Assembly (NCBI RefSeq): GCF_059730245.1
Contig: NZ_AP029605.1
Length of the DNA stretch: 32,000 nt
Direction: 5' to 3' (one strand)
Below are positions 18,866 to 27,152 of the stretch, one piece after another. A program made the translations under genes and the position numbers. Within the stretch, counting starts at the first letter, position 1. Every line of letters begins with the position of its first letter. The notes beneath the pieces were generated by a model. That model was not told the origin of the DNA. It did no database searches and was given only the letters and a program-made list of their open reading frames with translations.

Positions 18866-19007
18866 TTTTAAATTTTATTCATCCTGGTGGTTGAACAATG
18901 AGAAAAAATATGGTGAACTTACATCGTCTAAGAATAGAGTAGAAAGGAAGCTGTTGTACAGTACTATTTAATGGAATATTCATAATTAATGATTACGTGA
19001 GTTTCCA
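18866..19007. promoter_or_regulatory. Divergent escD / LEE4 (sepL) promoter region
   Basis: 142-bp AT-rich spacer between divergent escD and sepL. Function is inferred from LEE operon structure; elements were not mapped. Confidence 0.4.
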
Positions 19008-20063
19008 ATGGCTAATGGTATTGAATTTAATCATAATCCCGCATCTGTTTTTAATTCTAATTCATTAGATTTTGAATTAGAATCTCAGCAATTAACGCAA
19101 AAAAATTCTTCTAATATTTCTTCGCCATTAATAAATTTGCAAAATGAATTAGCAATGATTACTAGTTCATCGCTTTCTGAAACGATTGAAGGGCTAAGCC
19201 TGGGATATCGCAAAGGTAGCGCAAGGAAAGAAGAGGAAGGCACGACAATCGAGAAGCTGCTCAATGATATGCAAGAGCTGCTTACTCTTACCGATAGTGA
19301 TAAAATAAAAGAACTATCATTAAAAAACAGCGGGCTGCTGGAACAACACGATCCTACTTTGGCGATGTTTGGCAACATGCCAAAGGGGGAAATTGTTGCG
19401 CTAATATCTTCTTTATTGCAATCTAAGTTTGTTAAGATTGAATTAAAAAAGAAATATGCCAGGTTATTATTAGATTTATTAGGCGAAGATGATTGGGAGC
19501 TGGCTCTGCTTTCCTGGTTAGGGGTGGGTGAGTTAAATCAGGAAGGTATCCAGAAGATCAAGAAGCTTTATGAAAAGGCTAAGGACGAGGACTCTGAAAA
19601 CGGAGCCTCTTTACTTGACTGGTTTATGGAGATCAAGGATCTTCCTGAGCGTGAAAAGCACTTAAAGGTTATTATTAGGGCGCTATCGTTCGATCTGTCT
19701 TATATGTCTTCTTTTGAAGACAAGGTAAGAACATCTTCAATTATTAGTGATTTATGTCGGATAATCATTTTTTTATCACTTAATAACTATACGGATATTA
19801 TTGCAATCTCCATTAAGAAAGATAAAGATGTCATTTTAAATGAAGTGCTATCTATTATTGAACATGTATGGTTAACAGAAGACTGGCTACTGGAGAGCCC
19901 TTCTCGGGTATCGATTGTCGAAGATAAACATGTTTATTATTTCCATTTATTGAAAGAATTTTTTGCATCATTACCAGATGCTTGTTTTATTGATAACGAA
20001 CAGAGGGATAATACATTATTAATGATTGGTAAAGTAATTGATTATAAGGAGGATGTTGTGTGA
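19008..20063 (+). CDS. sepL: SepL, T3SS gatekeeper (YopN/TyeA, MxiC family)
   Basis: 351 aa, first gene of LEE4 (MANGIEFNHNPASVFNSNSLDFELE...). Confidence 0.93.
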   Translation: MANGIEFNHNPASVFNSNSLDFELESQQLTQKNSSNISSPLINLQNELAMITSSSLSETIEGLSLGYRKGSARKEEEGTTIEKLLNDMQELLTLTDSDKIKELSLKNSGLLEQHDPTLAMFGNMPKGEIVALISSLLQSKFVKIELKKKYARLLLDLLGEDDWELALLSWLGVGELNQEGIQKIKKLYEKAKDEDSENGASLLDWFMEIKDLPEREKHLKVIIRALSFDLSYMSSFEDKVRTSSIISDLCRIIIFLSLNNYTDIIAISIKKDKDVILNEVLSIIEHVWLTEDWLLESPSRVSIVEDKHVYYFHLLKEFFASLPDACFIDNEQRDNTLLMIGKVIDYKEDVV

Positions 20064-20111
20064 TTTAATTATTTTTTAATGAATATTTTTAAACTTATTA
20101 AGAGGTATATA

Positions 20112-20684
20112 ATGGATAATTCAGTTACATCATCAATTTCTAGTGCGAGTACTTCGACATCGATGACCTATGATTTAGGGAACATGTCGAAAGATGAAGT
20201 TGTTGAGCTGTTTAAAAAAGTTGGCGTATTTCAGGCTGCGCTTATCATGTTTGCTTATATGTACCAGGCACAAAGCGAGCTATCTATTGCTACATATGCA
20301 GACATGAATGAGTCATCTAAGGAATCCACCGAGGCACAAAAAATGGCCAATTTGGTGGATGCCAAGATCGCTGAAGTTCAGTCTAGTTCGGAAAAGGATA
20401 AAAAGGTCAAACTTCCTGACGAAGTAATTAGTTATATTCAAGATTCACGAAATGGGATTTCCGTAAGTAGTGATATTGACATCACCAAAGAGTTGGGTGC
20501 TGGTGACCTGCAAACCGTAAAAGCTGCTATTTCAGCAAAAGCAAATAACCTGACAACGACGGTGAATAATAACCAGCTTACGTTGCAGCAAATGTCTAAT
20601 ACGCTGAATTTATTAACAAATGCTCGTTCAGATATGCAGTCGTTGCAATATCGAACTATTCAGGCAATAAGTTTTGGTAAATAA
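20112..20684 (+). CDS. espA: EspA, T3SS filament protein
   Basis: 190 aa from ATG 20112 (MDNSVTSS...), with conserved FQAALIMFAYMYQAQS and a C-terminal coiled coil ending MQSLQYRTIQAISFGK. The ORF-track start at 20079 adds 11 residues absent from remembered EspA sequences. Confidence 0.92.
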   Translation: MDNSVTSSISSASTSTSMTYDLGNMSKDEVVELFKKVGVFQAALIMFAYMYQAQSELSIATYADMNESSKESTEAQKMANLVDAKIAEVQSSSEKDKKVKLPDEVISYIQDSRNGISVSSDIDITKELGAGDLQTVKAAISAKANNLTTTVNNNQLTLQQMSNTLNLLTNARSDMQSLQYRTIQAISFGK

Positions 20685-20696
20685 CAGGAGATAACC

Positions 20697-21836
20697 ATGC
20701 TTGAGACAAAAAGCGATATCCTGTCTACAACCTCAGGGGCTAATAGCACTACGTTTATTTCAGATATCACTCAATCTGAGCGGACTTCAACGCTGGATTT
20801 TCAACTGGTTAAATCCAGCGTTGCGTCAGTAAGTAAGGCTGATACTGGCATTTTACCGGTACCCCCGGCGGGTCATGCATTAGTAACCCCATCTGCTGCT
20901 GAAGATATTCTGAGCAAACTTTTTGGCGGCATCAGTGGTGATGTTATTAGTCGCACTGGTGAGACAGAATCACAGAGTAGTACACGAAGTACAACTGGCT
21001 ATCCTTATCTTTCTCAGGTGAATAACGTTGACCCTCAGGCCATGATGATGATGGCCACTCTGTTATCCCTGGATGCCTCAGCGCAGAGAGTTGCGAGTAT
21101 GAAAAACTCCAACGAGATCTACGCGGATGGACAAAATAAAGCGCTGGATAATAAAACGCTGGAGTTTAAAAAGCAGCTCGAAGAACAACAAAAAGCCGAA
21201 GAGAAAGCACAAAAAAGTAAAATTGTTGGTCAGGTCTTTGGTTGGTTAGGGGTTGCAGCAACTGCTATTGCAGCTATTTTTAACCCGGCACTCTGGGCTG
21301 TTGTTGCTATTAGTGCAACAGCAATGGCACTGCAAACTGCAGTTGATGTTATGGGCGATGATGCTCCACAGGCGTTAAAAACAGCAGCGCAAGCTTTTGG
21401 CGGTCTATCTCTTGCCGCAGGTATTCTGACAGCCGGCATTGGCGGGGTGTCTTCACTTATATCTAAAGTTGGCGATGTCGCTAACAAAGTTGGTTCAAAC
21501 ATCGTAAAAGTAGTCACTACGCTGGCCGACACTTTTGTTGAAAATGTTGCATCGAAAATTTCGGCAGTGGCAAATGGTTTAACTACTTCTTCGCGCTCTA
21601 TTGGTACAACTGTGCTGAATAATGACGCAGCGTATTATAATGTGTTATCACAGGTTTCTGCTTTTGCTGTGGAAAATTTAACTCGACAAAGTGAGTACTT
21701 AAGTCAGAGTGCGAAGGCAGAGCTGGAAAAAGCTACTCTCGAGCTGCAAAACCAGGCGAATTATATACAGAGTGCTTCTCAGCTGATGTCTGATTCTGCG
21801 CGAGTGAATAGCCGTATTGTCAGCGGTCGAGTTTAA
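20697..21836 (+). CDS. espD: EspD, major T3SS translocon pore protein
   Basis: 379 aa with central hydrophobic TM segments (VFGWLGVAATAIAAIFNPALWAVVAISATAMAL) and a C-terminal coiled coil. Confidence 0.95.
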   Translation: MLETKSDILSTTSGANSTTFISDITQSERTSTLDFQLVKSSVASVSKADTGILPVPPAGHALVTPSAAEDILSKLFGGISGDVISRTGETESQSSTRSTTGYPYLSQVNNVDPQAMMMMATLLSLDASAQRVASMKNSNEIYADGQNKALDNKTLEFKKQLEEQQKAEEKAQKSKIVGQVFGWLGVAATAIAAIFNPALWAVVAISATAMALQTAVDVMGDDAPQALKTAAQAFGGLSLAAGILTAGIGGVSSLISKVGDVANKVGSNIVKVVTTLADTFVENVASKISAVANGLTTSSRSIGTTVLNNDAAYYNVLSQVSAFAVENLTRQSEYLSQSAKAELEKATLELQNQANYIQSASQLMSDSARVNSRIVSGRV

Positions 21837-21856
21837 TTATTAAAGAGGCGTTTATT

Positions 21857-22822
21857 ATGAATACTATCGATAATAACAATGCGGCAATCGCAGTTAATTC
21901 TGTTTTGAGCAGCACGACTGACAGCACCAGTTCAACAACTACATCAACTTCGTCAATCAGTTCATCTTTACTTACTGATGGCAGAGTGGATATTTCTAAA
22001 CTTCTGCTGGAGGTTCAAAAACTGTTGCGTGAGATGGTCACCACATTGCAAGATTATCTTCAGAAGCAATTGGCGCAAAGCTATGACATCCAAAAAGCCG
22101 TTTTTGAGAGCCAAAATAAAGCTATTGATGAGAAAAAAGCCGGTGCGACAGCCGCTCTGATTGGTGGTGCTATCTCATCTGTCCTGGGGATTTTAGGCTC
22201 TTTTGCTGCCATTAATAGCGCAACTAAAGGCGCGAGTGATGTCGCTCAGCAAGCCGCTTCTACTTCTGCGAAGTCTATCGGTACAGTCTCTGAAGCTTCA
22301 ACTAAAGCACTGGCGAAGGCTTCCGAAGGTATTGCAGATGCAGCAGATGATGCAGCTGGCGCAATGCAGCAAACTATCGCGACAGCTGCAAAAGCGGCCA
22401 GTCGTACATCCGGTATCACTGATGATGTTGCTACTTCGGCTCAGAAAGCTTCTCAGGTAGCTGAAGAGGCTGCTGATGCTGCTCAAGAATTAGCACAGAA
22501 GGCAGGATTATTAAGTCGCTTTACTGCTGCTGCCGGAAGGATTTCCGGTTCAACGCCATTTATTGTTGTTACCAGCCTTGCTGAAGGTACGAAAACATTG
22601 CCAACAACGATATCTGAATCTGTCAAGTCCAATCATGATATCAATGAGCAGCGTGCTAAATCTGTAGAAAATCTTCAGGCGTCGAATTTAGATACCTACA
22701 AACAGGATGTTCGCAGAGCGCAGGATGATATCTCTAGCCGTCTACGTGATATGACAACGACAGCCCGTGATCTTACTGACCTTATTAATCGCATGGGGCA
22801 AGCGGCTCGCTTAGCTGGGTAA
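21857..22822 (+). CDS. espB: EspB, minor translocon protein / effector
   Basis: 321 aa with a Ser/Thr-rich N-terminus, a central hydrophobic segment (ALIGGAISSVLGILGSFAAI) and an Ala-rich C-half. Confidence 0.95.
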   Translation: MNTIDNNNAAIAVNSVLSSTTDSTSSTTTSTSSISSSLLTDGRVDISKLLLEVQKLLREMVTTLQDYLQKQLAQSYDIQKAVFESQNKAIDEKKAGATAALIGGAISSVLGILGSFAAINSATKGASDVAQQAASTSAKSIGTVSEASTKALAKASEGIADAADDAAGAMQQTIATAAKAASRTSGITDDVATSAQKASQVAEEAADAAQELAQKAGLLSRFTAAAGRISGSTPFIVVTSLAEGTKTLPTTISESVKSNHDINEQRAKSVENLQASNLDTYKQDVRRAQDDISSRLRDMTTTARDLTDLINRMGQAARLAG

Positions 22823-22828
22823 TTGATC

Positions 22829-23236
22829 ATGGTCGATACGTTTAATGATGAAGTGTTTAATTACTATCTTGAACAAAAAGGGTACACAATACAGAAGGAG
22901 TTTCTTTGTGGCAGTGCCTTTTTTATCGGATGGCGGATTGAGACACCTTTTTTTTCATTAGCGTACAGACTGGATGAACAAGAACTGATTTTGTGCTCTT
23001 TTGAAGCACGTAACCAAACAGGGCTTAACGGCCCTGTTTTATCACTGACTCGTTTGCTCGAAGAGTTGTATCACCACTTTTCGGGTATTAAGAAAATCAG
23101 TGCGATGAAATCTAAGATTGGTTCAGATTCAGAACGTCAAAAGCGCGAAGAGTTGTTTAATTACTTCATCAGAAAGGGTGCCGTGCAGCAAGAAACAGAA
23201 GACGGAATTTGGTTCGTAATGAACGTAAATAGTTAA
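22829..23236 (+). CDS. cesD2: CesD2, second chaperone for EspD
   Basis: 135 aa from ATG 22829 (MVDTFNDEVFNYYLEQKG...). The TTG at 22823 in the ORF track is a less likely start. Confidence 0.88.
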   Translation: MVDTFNDEVFNYYLEQKGYTIQKEFLCGSAFFIGWRIETPFFSLAYRLDEQELILCSFEARNQTGLNGPVLSLTRLLEELYHHFSGIKKISAMKSKIGSDSERQKREELFNYFIRKGAVQQETEDGIWFVMNVNS

Positions 23237-23270
23237 AAAAATTATTTTATTAACTTCTGAGGGAAATTTA

Positions 23271-23492
23271 ATGAATTTATCTGAAATTACTCAACAAATG
23301 GGTGAAGTAGGTAAAACGCTGAGCGATTCTGTGCCAGAGTTACTTAATAGCACCGATTTGGTTAATGACCCTGAAAAAATGTTAGAGTTGCAGTTTGCGG
23401 TTCAGCAATATTCTGCTTATGTTAACGTAGAAAGTGGAATGTTGAAAACGATAAAAGATCTGGTCTCAACCATTTCTAACCGTAGTTTTTAA
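23271..23492 (+). CDS. escF: EscF, T3SS needle subunit
   Basis: 73 aa with an MxiH/PrgI/YscF-like pattern (MNLSEITQQMGEVGKTLSD...LELQFAVQQYSAYVNVESGMLKTIKD). Confidence 0.95.
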   Translation: MNLSEITQQMGEVGKTLSDSVPELLNSTDLVNDPEKMLELQFAVQQYSAYVNVESGMLKTIKDLVSTISNRSF

Positions 23493-23497
23493 TTTTT

Positions 23498-23776
23498 ATG
23501 GTTAATGATATTTCTGCTAATAAGATACTGGTGTGGGCGGCTGTAGCTGCGGCAAACCATAAGCTTCCCAAATATGCGGAAGCTATCCTGAATGTATTCC
23601 CACAAATTATACCTGATAAAAAAGATATCGCACATTTAGAATTTATTATCTTATTTGGATTAAATAGAAAAAATGATGCGATAAAGGCTTTGGAGGGCTG
23701 TATGGATGATGAGTCGAGTCAGTTATTGTACAGTTTGGTCCATGAGAATGTTAGTGGTTGGGTACGAGGATTTTAA
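23498..23776 (+). CDS. escG: EscG (Orf29), needle-subunit co-chaperone (YscG-like)
   Basis: 92 aa, immediately downstream of escF in the canonical slot. Confidence 0.82.
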   Translation: MVNDISANKILVWAAVAAANHKLPKYAEAILNVFPQIIPDKKDIAHLEFIILFGLNRKNDAIKALEGCMDDESSQLLYSLVHENVSGWVRGF

Positions 23777-23860
23777 TTTATTTTGATTTAAAAATCATTT
23801 TATTATTCGTTTTGATATATATGAGAGTTAGCCAAGATTAGATATAAAGAGGCATAAATT

Positions 23861-24475
23861 ATGCTTAATGGAATTAGTAACGCTGCTTCTACACTAGGGC
23901 GGTAGCTTGTAGGTATCGCAAGTCGAGTGAGCTCTGCGGGGGGAACTGGATTTTCTGTAGCCCCTCAGGCTGTTCGTCTTACTCCGGTGAGAGTTCATTC
24001 CCCCTTTTCTCCAGGTTCGTCGAATGTTAATGCGAGAACGATTTTTAATGTGAGTAGCCAGGTGACTTCATTTACTCCCTCTCGTCCGGCACCGCCGCCA
24101 CCGACAAGTGGACAGGCATCCGGGTCTGCCGGGCTACCGCCCATTGCGCAGGCATTAAAAAATCATTTAGCTGCCTATGAGCTATTGAAAATTTCTGAGA
24201 CTTCAAGCTTTAAGCCAGTCCGTCCGGCACCGCCGCCACCAACAAGCGGCCAGACATCTGGGTCTGCTGGGCTACCGCCCATTGCACAGGCATTAAAAAA
24301 TCATTTAGCTGCCTATGAGCAATCGAAAATTTCTGAGACTTCAGGCTTTAAGCCGGCCCGTCCGGCACCGCCGCCACCGACAAGTGGACAGGCATCCGGG
24401 TCTGCCGGACTACCGCCCATTGCACAGGCATTAAAAAATCATTTAGCTGCCTATGAGCAATCGAAGAAAGGATAA
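23861..24475 (+). pseudogene. espF: espF interrupted by an in-frame amber codon at codon 15 (TAG 23903-23905)
   Basis: AAGAGG Shine-Dalgarno at 23847-23852, then ATG 23861 opening MLNGISNAASTLGR, then TAG. The same frame continues LVGIASRVSSAGGTGFSVAPQAVRLTP... through three proline-rich repeats to TAA at 24473-24475. The ORF track shows only the GTG-initiated distal part (23927..24475). Confidence 0.85.
24083..24472 (+). repeat. Three tandem 138-bp (46-aa) coding repeats of EspF (the third is truncated by the stop codon)
   Basis: Units start at 24083, 24221 and 24359, each beginning cgtccggcaccgccgccacc. Each encodes RPAPPPPTSGQ(A/T)SGSAGLPPIAQALKNHLAAYE... and the units are nearly identical at the DNA level. 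Confidence 0.9.
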
Positions 24476-24527
24476 CCAACTAATTTAAAACGATTAATCG
24501 GTATTGATTATTTGTTTTCCAACTAAT

Positions 24528-24581
24528 AAAAACCGATATCAAACTGTGTGGCAATAAATGTGATTAGTAATATCGGTTTTT
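24528..24581 (+). terminator. Candidate LEE4 terminator / long hairpin downstream of espF
   Basis: 12-bp perfect arms aaaaaccgatat (24528-24539) / atatcggttttt (24570-24581). The 30-nt loop is unusually large for an intrinsic terminator. Confidence 0.35.
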
Positions 24582-24764
24582 ATTGGAGGGGTAATAAATA
24601 ATGTATTATTATACGGTGAAAGTGGAGAAAGAGACGTTTTGTTAAAAGCGCACAGAGCTCAAAAGTCTGTTCGCTATTGATTGTGATAATCTGAAAGGCA
24701 GTAAACTCAGGTATACTGGCAATAGCGGACACCACCATTTGTTCTTTTTTTGCGCAGTTATCTG

Positions 24765-25110
24765 GTTATATTTTTCCTGAAGGCTACCAGGGAGATATTC
24801 CCCAGACGGGAGTGGCGGCGCTGATGGTTGTAGAAAATCTCAATGTATTTCCGTATTACTTAGATGGCTTCATCCCGGTTATTAAAACGATAGTTTCATT
24901 CTTCAGCGTTTACTATAAGTTTTTCATTGAGGTGTTGTCGTAACGGTTACCTTTACGCGGCATGGATGTTTTCAGACCAAACCGCTCCTGTATAGCCCGG
25001 TAATCGTGTGTGCAGTACTGCGAACCACGATTGGAGTGGTGGATTAGCCCGACTGGTGGGCGTTGCATTTCCCGGCGTTACCATACGTTTTTGCTGCCCA
25101 CGTAGTTTCC
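24765..25110 (-). mobile_element. Decayed IS3-family transposase (OrfB, integrase-core C-terminal part) remnant
   Basis: Hand translation of the minus strand gives GLIHHSNRGSQYCTHDYRAIQERFGLKTSMPRKGNRYDNTSMKNL, two stop codons, TLKNE, a frameshift, then YIEIFYNHQRRHSRLGNISLVAFRKN. This corresponds to the IS3-family pattern HSDRGSQY...SMSRKGNCYDNA..ESFF..LK.E...YIE.FYN..R.HS.LG. No intact ORF remains and no terminal inverted repeats were identified. Confidence 0.7.
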
Positions 25111-25373
25111 TGTCCGCACCGATTTTGAGATTTTTCCTGATATCCTCAATGCCCCCTTGTATAACAAAGATGCTGTTAAAAACCATTGTTATGTATTACC
25201 TTTTTCCTATTATGGGAGGCTAATATTTCAAGAGGAAATAATACCCCCTAAAGTATCCCCAAAAGCAACTTGATACAGGTTGAGTCGATTGATCTCTGGA
25301 CACAAAGAAAGCCTGATATATAAGGGATTAGAAGGGGTTTTGTTAACGTCGGGAGAGTTCAGAAGAGGCATTT

Positions 25374-25468
25374 TGGCGGAAGATCACAGGAGTCGAACCT
25401 GCCCGGGACCGCTGGCGGCCCCAACTGGATTTGAAGTCCAGCCGCCTCACCGGAGACGACGATCTTCC
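25374..25468 (-). tRNA. selC: tRNA-Sec (selenocysteine, anticodon UCA)
   Basis: The reverse complement reads GGAAGATCGTCGTCTCCGGTGAGGCGGCTGGACTTCAAATCCAGTTGGGGCCGCCAGCGGTCCCGGGCAGGTTCGACTCCTGTGATCTTCCGCCA. This is 95 nt with a long variable arm, and matches the E. coli selC sequence as remembered. Confidence 0.95.
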
Positions 25469-25499
25469 GCGCCTCGATTGCTACATGGAGGCGGGGCGC

Positions 25500-25505
25500 A
25501 TTATA
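25500..25505 (-). promoter_or_regulatory. Candidate selC -10 hexamer (TATAAT on the minus strand)
   Basis: A perfect TATAAT lies about 32 nt upstream of the mature tRNA 5' end on the minus strand. No convincing -35 element was seen. Confidence 0.35.
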
Positions 25506-25760
25506 GCTACTTCCTTGAGTTTCTACATCCCCCAGATCAGTTTTTTCCGCCTAATACACGCAGCGTATTATCACGAAAACATTATAGTTCATATAAAACT
25601 CATATTTTACAATGATATATGAGCGAAATTAACGCCACCACGATCACATAAAACAAGAATCATAAATTAATAACCAGATATCGGAATATTCGCTCTCGCA
25701 GGGATGGTTTACAAAATGCGTTATCGGTCTCAGCACCCCTATAGCATCAAGGAAAAGCAG

Positions 25761-27143
25761 ATGAAGAGTGAAGTGTTGTCCGTTAAAGAGAAAATTGGTT
25801 ATGGCATGGGAGACGCCGCCAGCCACATTATTTTCGATAACGTAATGTTATATATGATGTTCTTTTATACCGATATTTTTGGCATTCCTGCCGGATTTGT
25901 CGGAACCATGTTTTTGGTCGCTCGTGCACTGGATGCGATTTCCGATCCTTGCATGGGGTTGTTGGCCGATCGAACGCGCTCTCGCTGGGGTAAATTTCGT
26001 CCGTGGGTACTGTTTGGCGCACTGCCATTCGGGATCGTCTGTGTACTGGCCTATAGCACGCCAGATCTCAGTATGAACGGAAAAATGATTTATGCAGCAA
26101 TTACTTACACTCTACTTACCTTACTTTATACCATCGTCAATATCCCTTACTGCGCATTGGGTGGTGTAATCACCAATGACCCGACTCAGCGTATCTCGCT
26201 GCAATCCTGGCGTTTTGTGCTGGCGACCGCGGGAGGCATGCTCTCTACTGTTCTGATGATGCCACTGGTTAATTTAATTGGTGGTGATAATAAACCACTC
26301 GGTTTCCAGGGCGGTATCGCGGTCCTTTCCGTGGTGGCATTTATGATGCTGGCATTCTGTTTCTTCACCACTAAAGAACGCGTTGAAGCACCACCTACAA
26401 CGACGTCTATGCGGGATGATTTACGTGATATCTGGCAAAACGACCAGTGGCGTATTGTCGGTTTCCTGACAATTTTCAATATTCTGGCGGTGTGCGTACG
26501 CGGTGGAGCGATGATGTATTACGTCACATGGATTTTGGGTACGCCGGAAGTGTTTGTCGCTTTTCTCACCACTTATTGCGTGGGTAACCTGATTGGTTCC
26601 GCACTGGCAAAACCGCTGACCGACTGGAAATGTAAAGTCACTATCTTCTGGTGGACGAACGCCCTGCTGGCAGTGATTAGCCTCGCGATGTTCTTTGTTC
26701 CTATGCAGGCCAGCATCACCATGTTTGTCTTCATCTTCGTGATTGGTGTGTTGCATCAACTGGTGACACCTATCCAGTGGGTAATGATGTCCGATACCGT
26801 CGACTACGGCGAGTGGTGCAATGGTAAACGCCTGACCGGGATCAGTTTTGCTGGCACGCTGTTTGTGCTCAAACTGGGGTTGGCCTTCGGTGGTGCCCTT
26901 ATCGGCTGGATGCTGGCTTATGGCGGATATGATGCGGCAGAAAAAGCGCAGAACAGCGTCACAATTAGCATCATTATCGCGCTATTCACGATTGTTCCGG
27001 CGATCTGTTACTTACTGAGCGCGATTATCGCTAAACGCTACTACTCGCTCACGACGCGCAATCTGAAAACCGTTATGGAACAGCTGGCGCAGGGCAAACG
27101 CCGTTGCCAGCAACAATTCACCTCTCAAGAAGTGCAGAACTAA
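25761..27143 (+). CDS. yicJ: YicJ, GPH-family (glycoside-pentoside-hexuronide) cation symporter
   Basis: 460 aa from ATG 25761 (MKSEVLSVKEKIGYGMGDAASHIIFDN...), a polytopic membrane protein matching the remembered K-12 YicJ N-terminus. The ORF-track start at 25704 is probably too far upstream. Confidence 0.9.
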   Translation: MKSEVLSVKEKIGYGMGDAASHIIFDNVMLYMMFFYTDIFGIPAGFVGTMFLVARALDAISDPCMGLLADRTRSRWGKFRPWVLFGALPFGIVCVLAYSTPDLSMNGKMIYAAITYTLLTLLYTIVNIPYCALGGVITNDPTQRISLQSWRFVLATAGGMLSTVLMMPLVNLIGGDNKPLGFQGGIAVLSVVAFMMLAFCFFTTKERVEAPPTTTSMRDDLRDIWQNDQWRIVGFLTIFNILAVCVRGGAMMYYVTWILGTPEVFVAFLTTYCVGNLIGSALAKPLTDWKCKVTIFWWTNALLAVISLAMFFVPMQASITMFVFIFVIGVLHQLVTPIQWVMMSDTVDYGEWCNGKRLTGISFAGTLFVLKLGLAFGGALIGWMLAYGGYDAAEKAQNSVTISIIIALFTIVPAICYLLSAIIAKRYYSLTTRNLKTVMEQLAQGKRRCQQQFTSQEVQN

Positions 27144-27152
27144 GGAACGGCA

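Larger units (their letters stand above)
1..25373. other. Locus of enterocyte effacement (LEE) pathogenicity island, partial (grlA 3' end through espF plus junction DNA), abutting the 3' end of selC
   Basis: Complete canonical LEE2-LEE3-LEE5-LEE4 gene order recognised from the translations. The region is visibly AT-rich compared with yicJ/yicI to the right, and it ends at tRNA-Sec. Confidence 0.95.

Noticed and set aside
21230-22486. Antisense or alternate-frame ORFs inside espD/espB (21230..21532, 21978..22160, 22203..22460, 22298..22486)
   Set aside because: They arise from the GC-rich, Ala-rich, codon-biased sequence of espD/espB, which keeps other frames open. The sense-frame proteins are unambiguous.
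24083-24472. The regularly spaced 138-bp repeats could be mistaken for a CRISPR-like array
   Set aside because: The repeats are contiguous with no unique spacers. They lie in one open reading frame and encode the well-known EspF proline-rich modules.
24953-25186. 77-aa minus-strand ORF treated as an intact small gene
   Set aside because: It is a wrong-frame read of part of the degraded IS3-family transposase. The conserved HSxRGSQY...YDN motif is in a different frame and is interrupted by stop codons.
1-25373. The possibility that the window holds a previously undescribed secretion or defence system
   Set aside because: All sizeable ORFs are accounted for by canonical LEE genes in canonical order, or by known core genes (yicJ, yicI, selC). 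No unexplained multi-gene cluster remains apart from the ordinary-looking PTS module at the right edge.
25280-25615. 111-aa plus-strand ORF (also 25431..25622 and 25008..25223)
   Set aside because: It runs straight through the antisense of tRNA-Sec and the selC promoter region. The 25008..25223 ORF is antisense to, or out of frame with, the IS3 remnant. None of these is a real gene.
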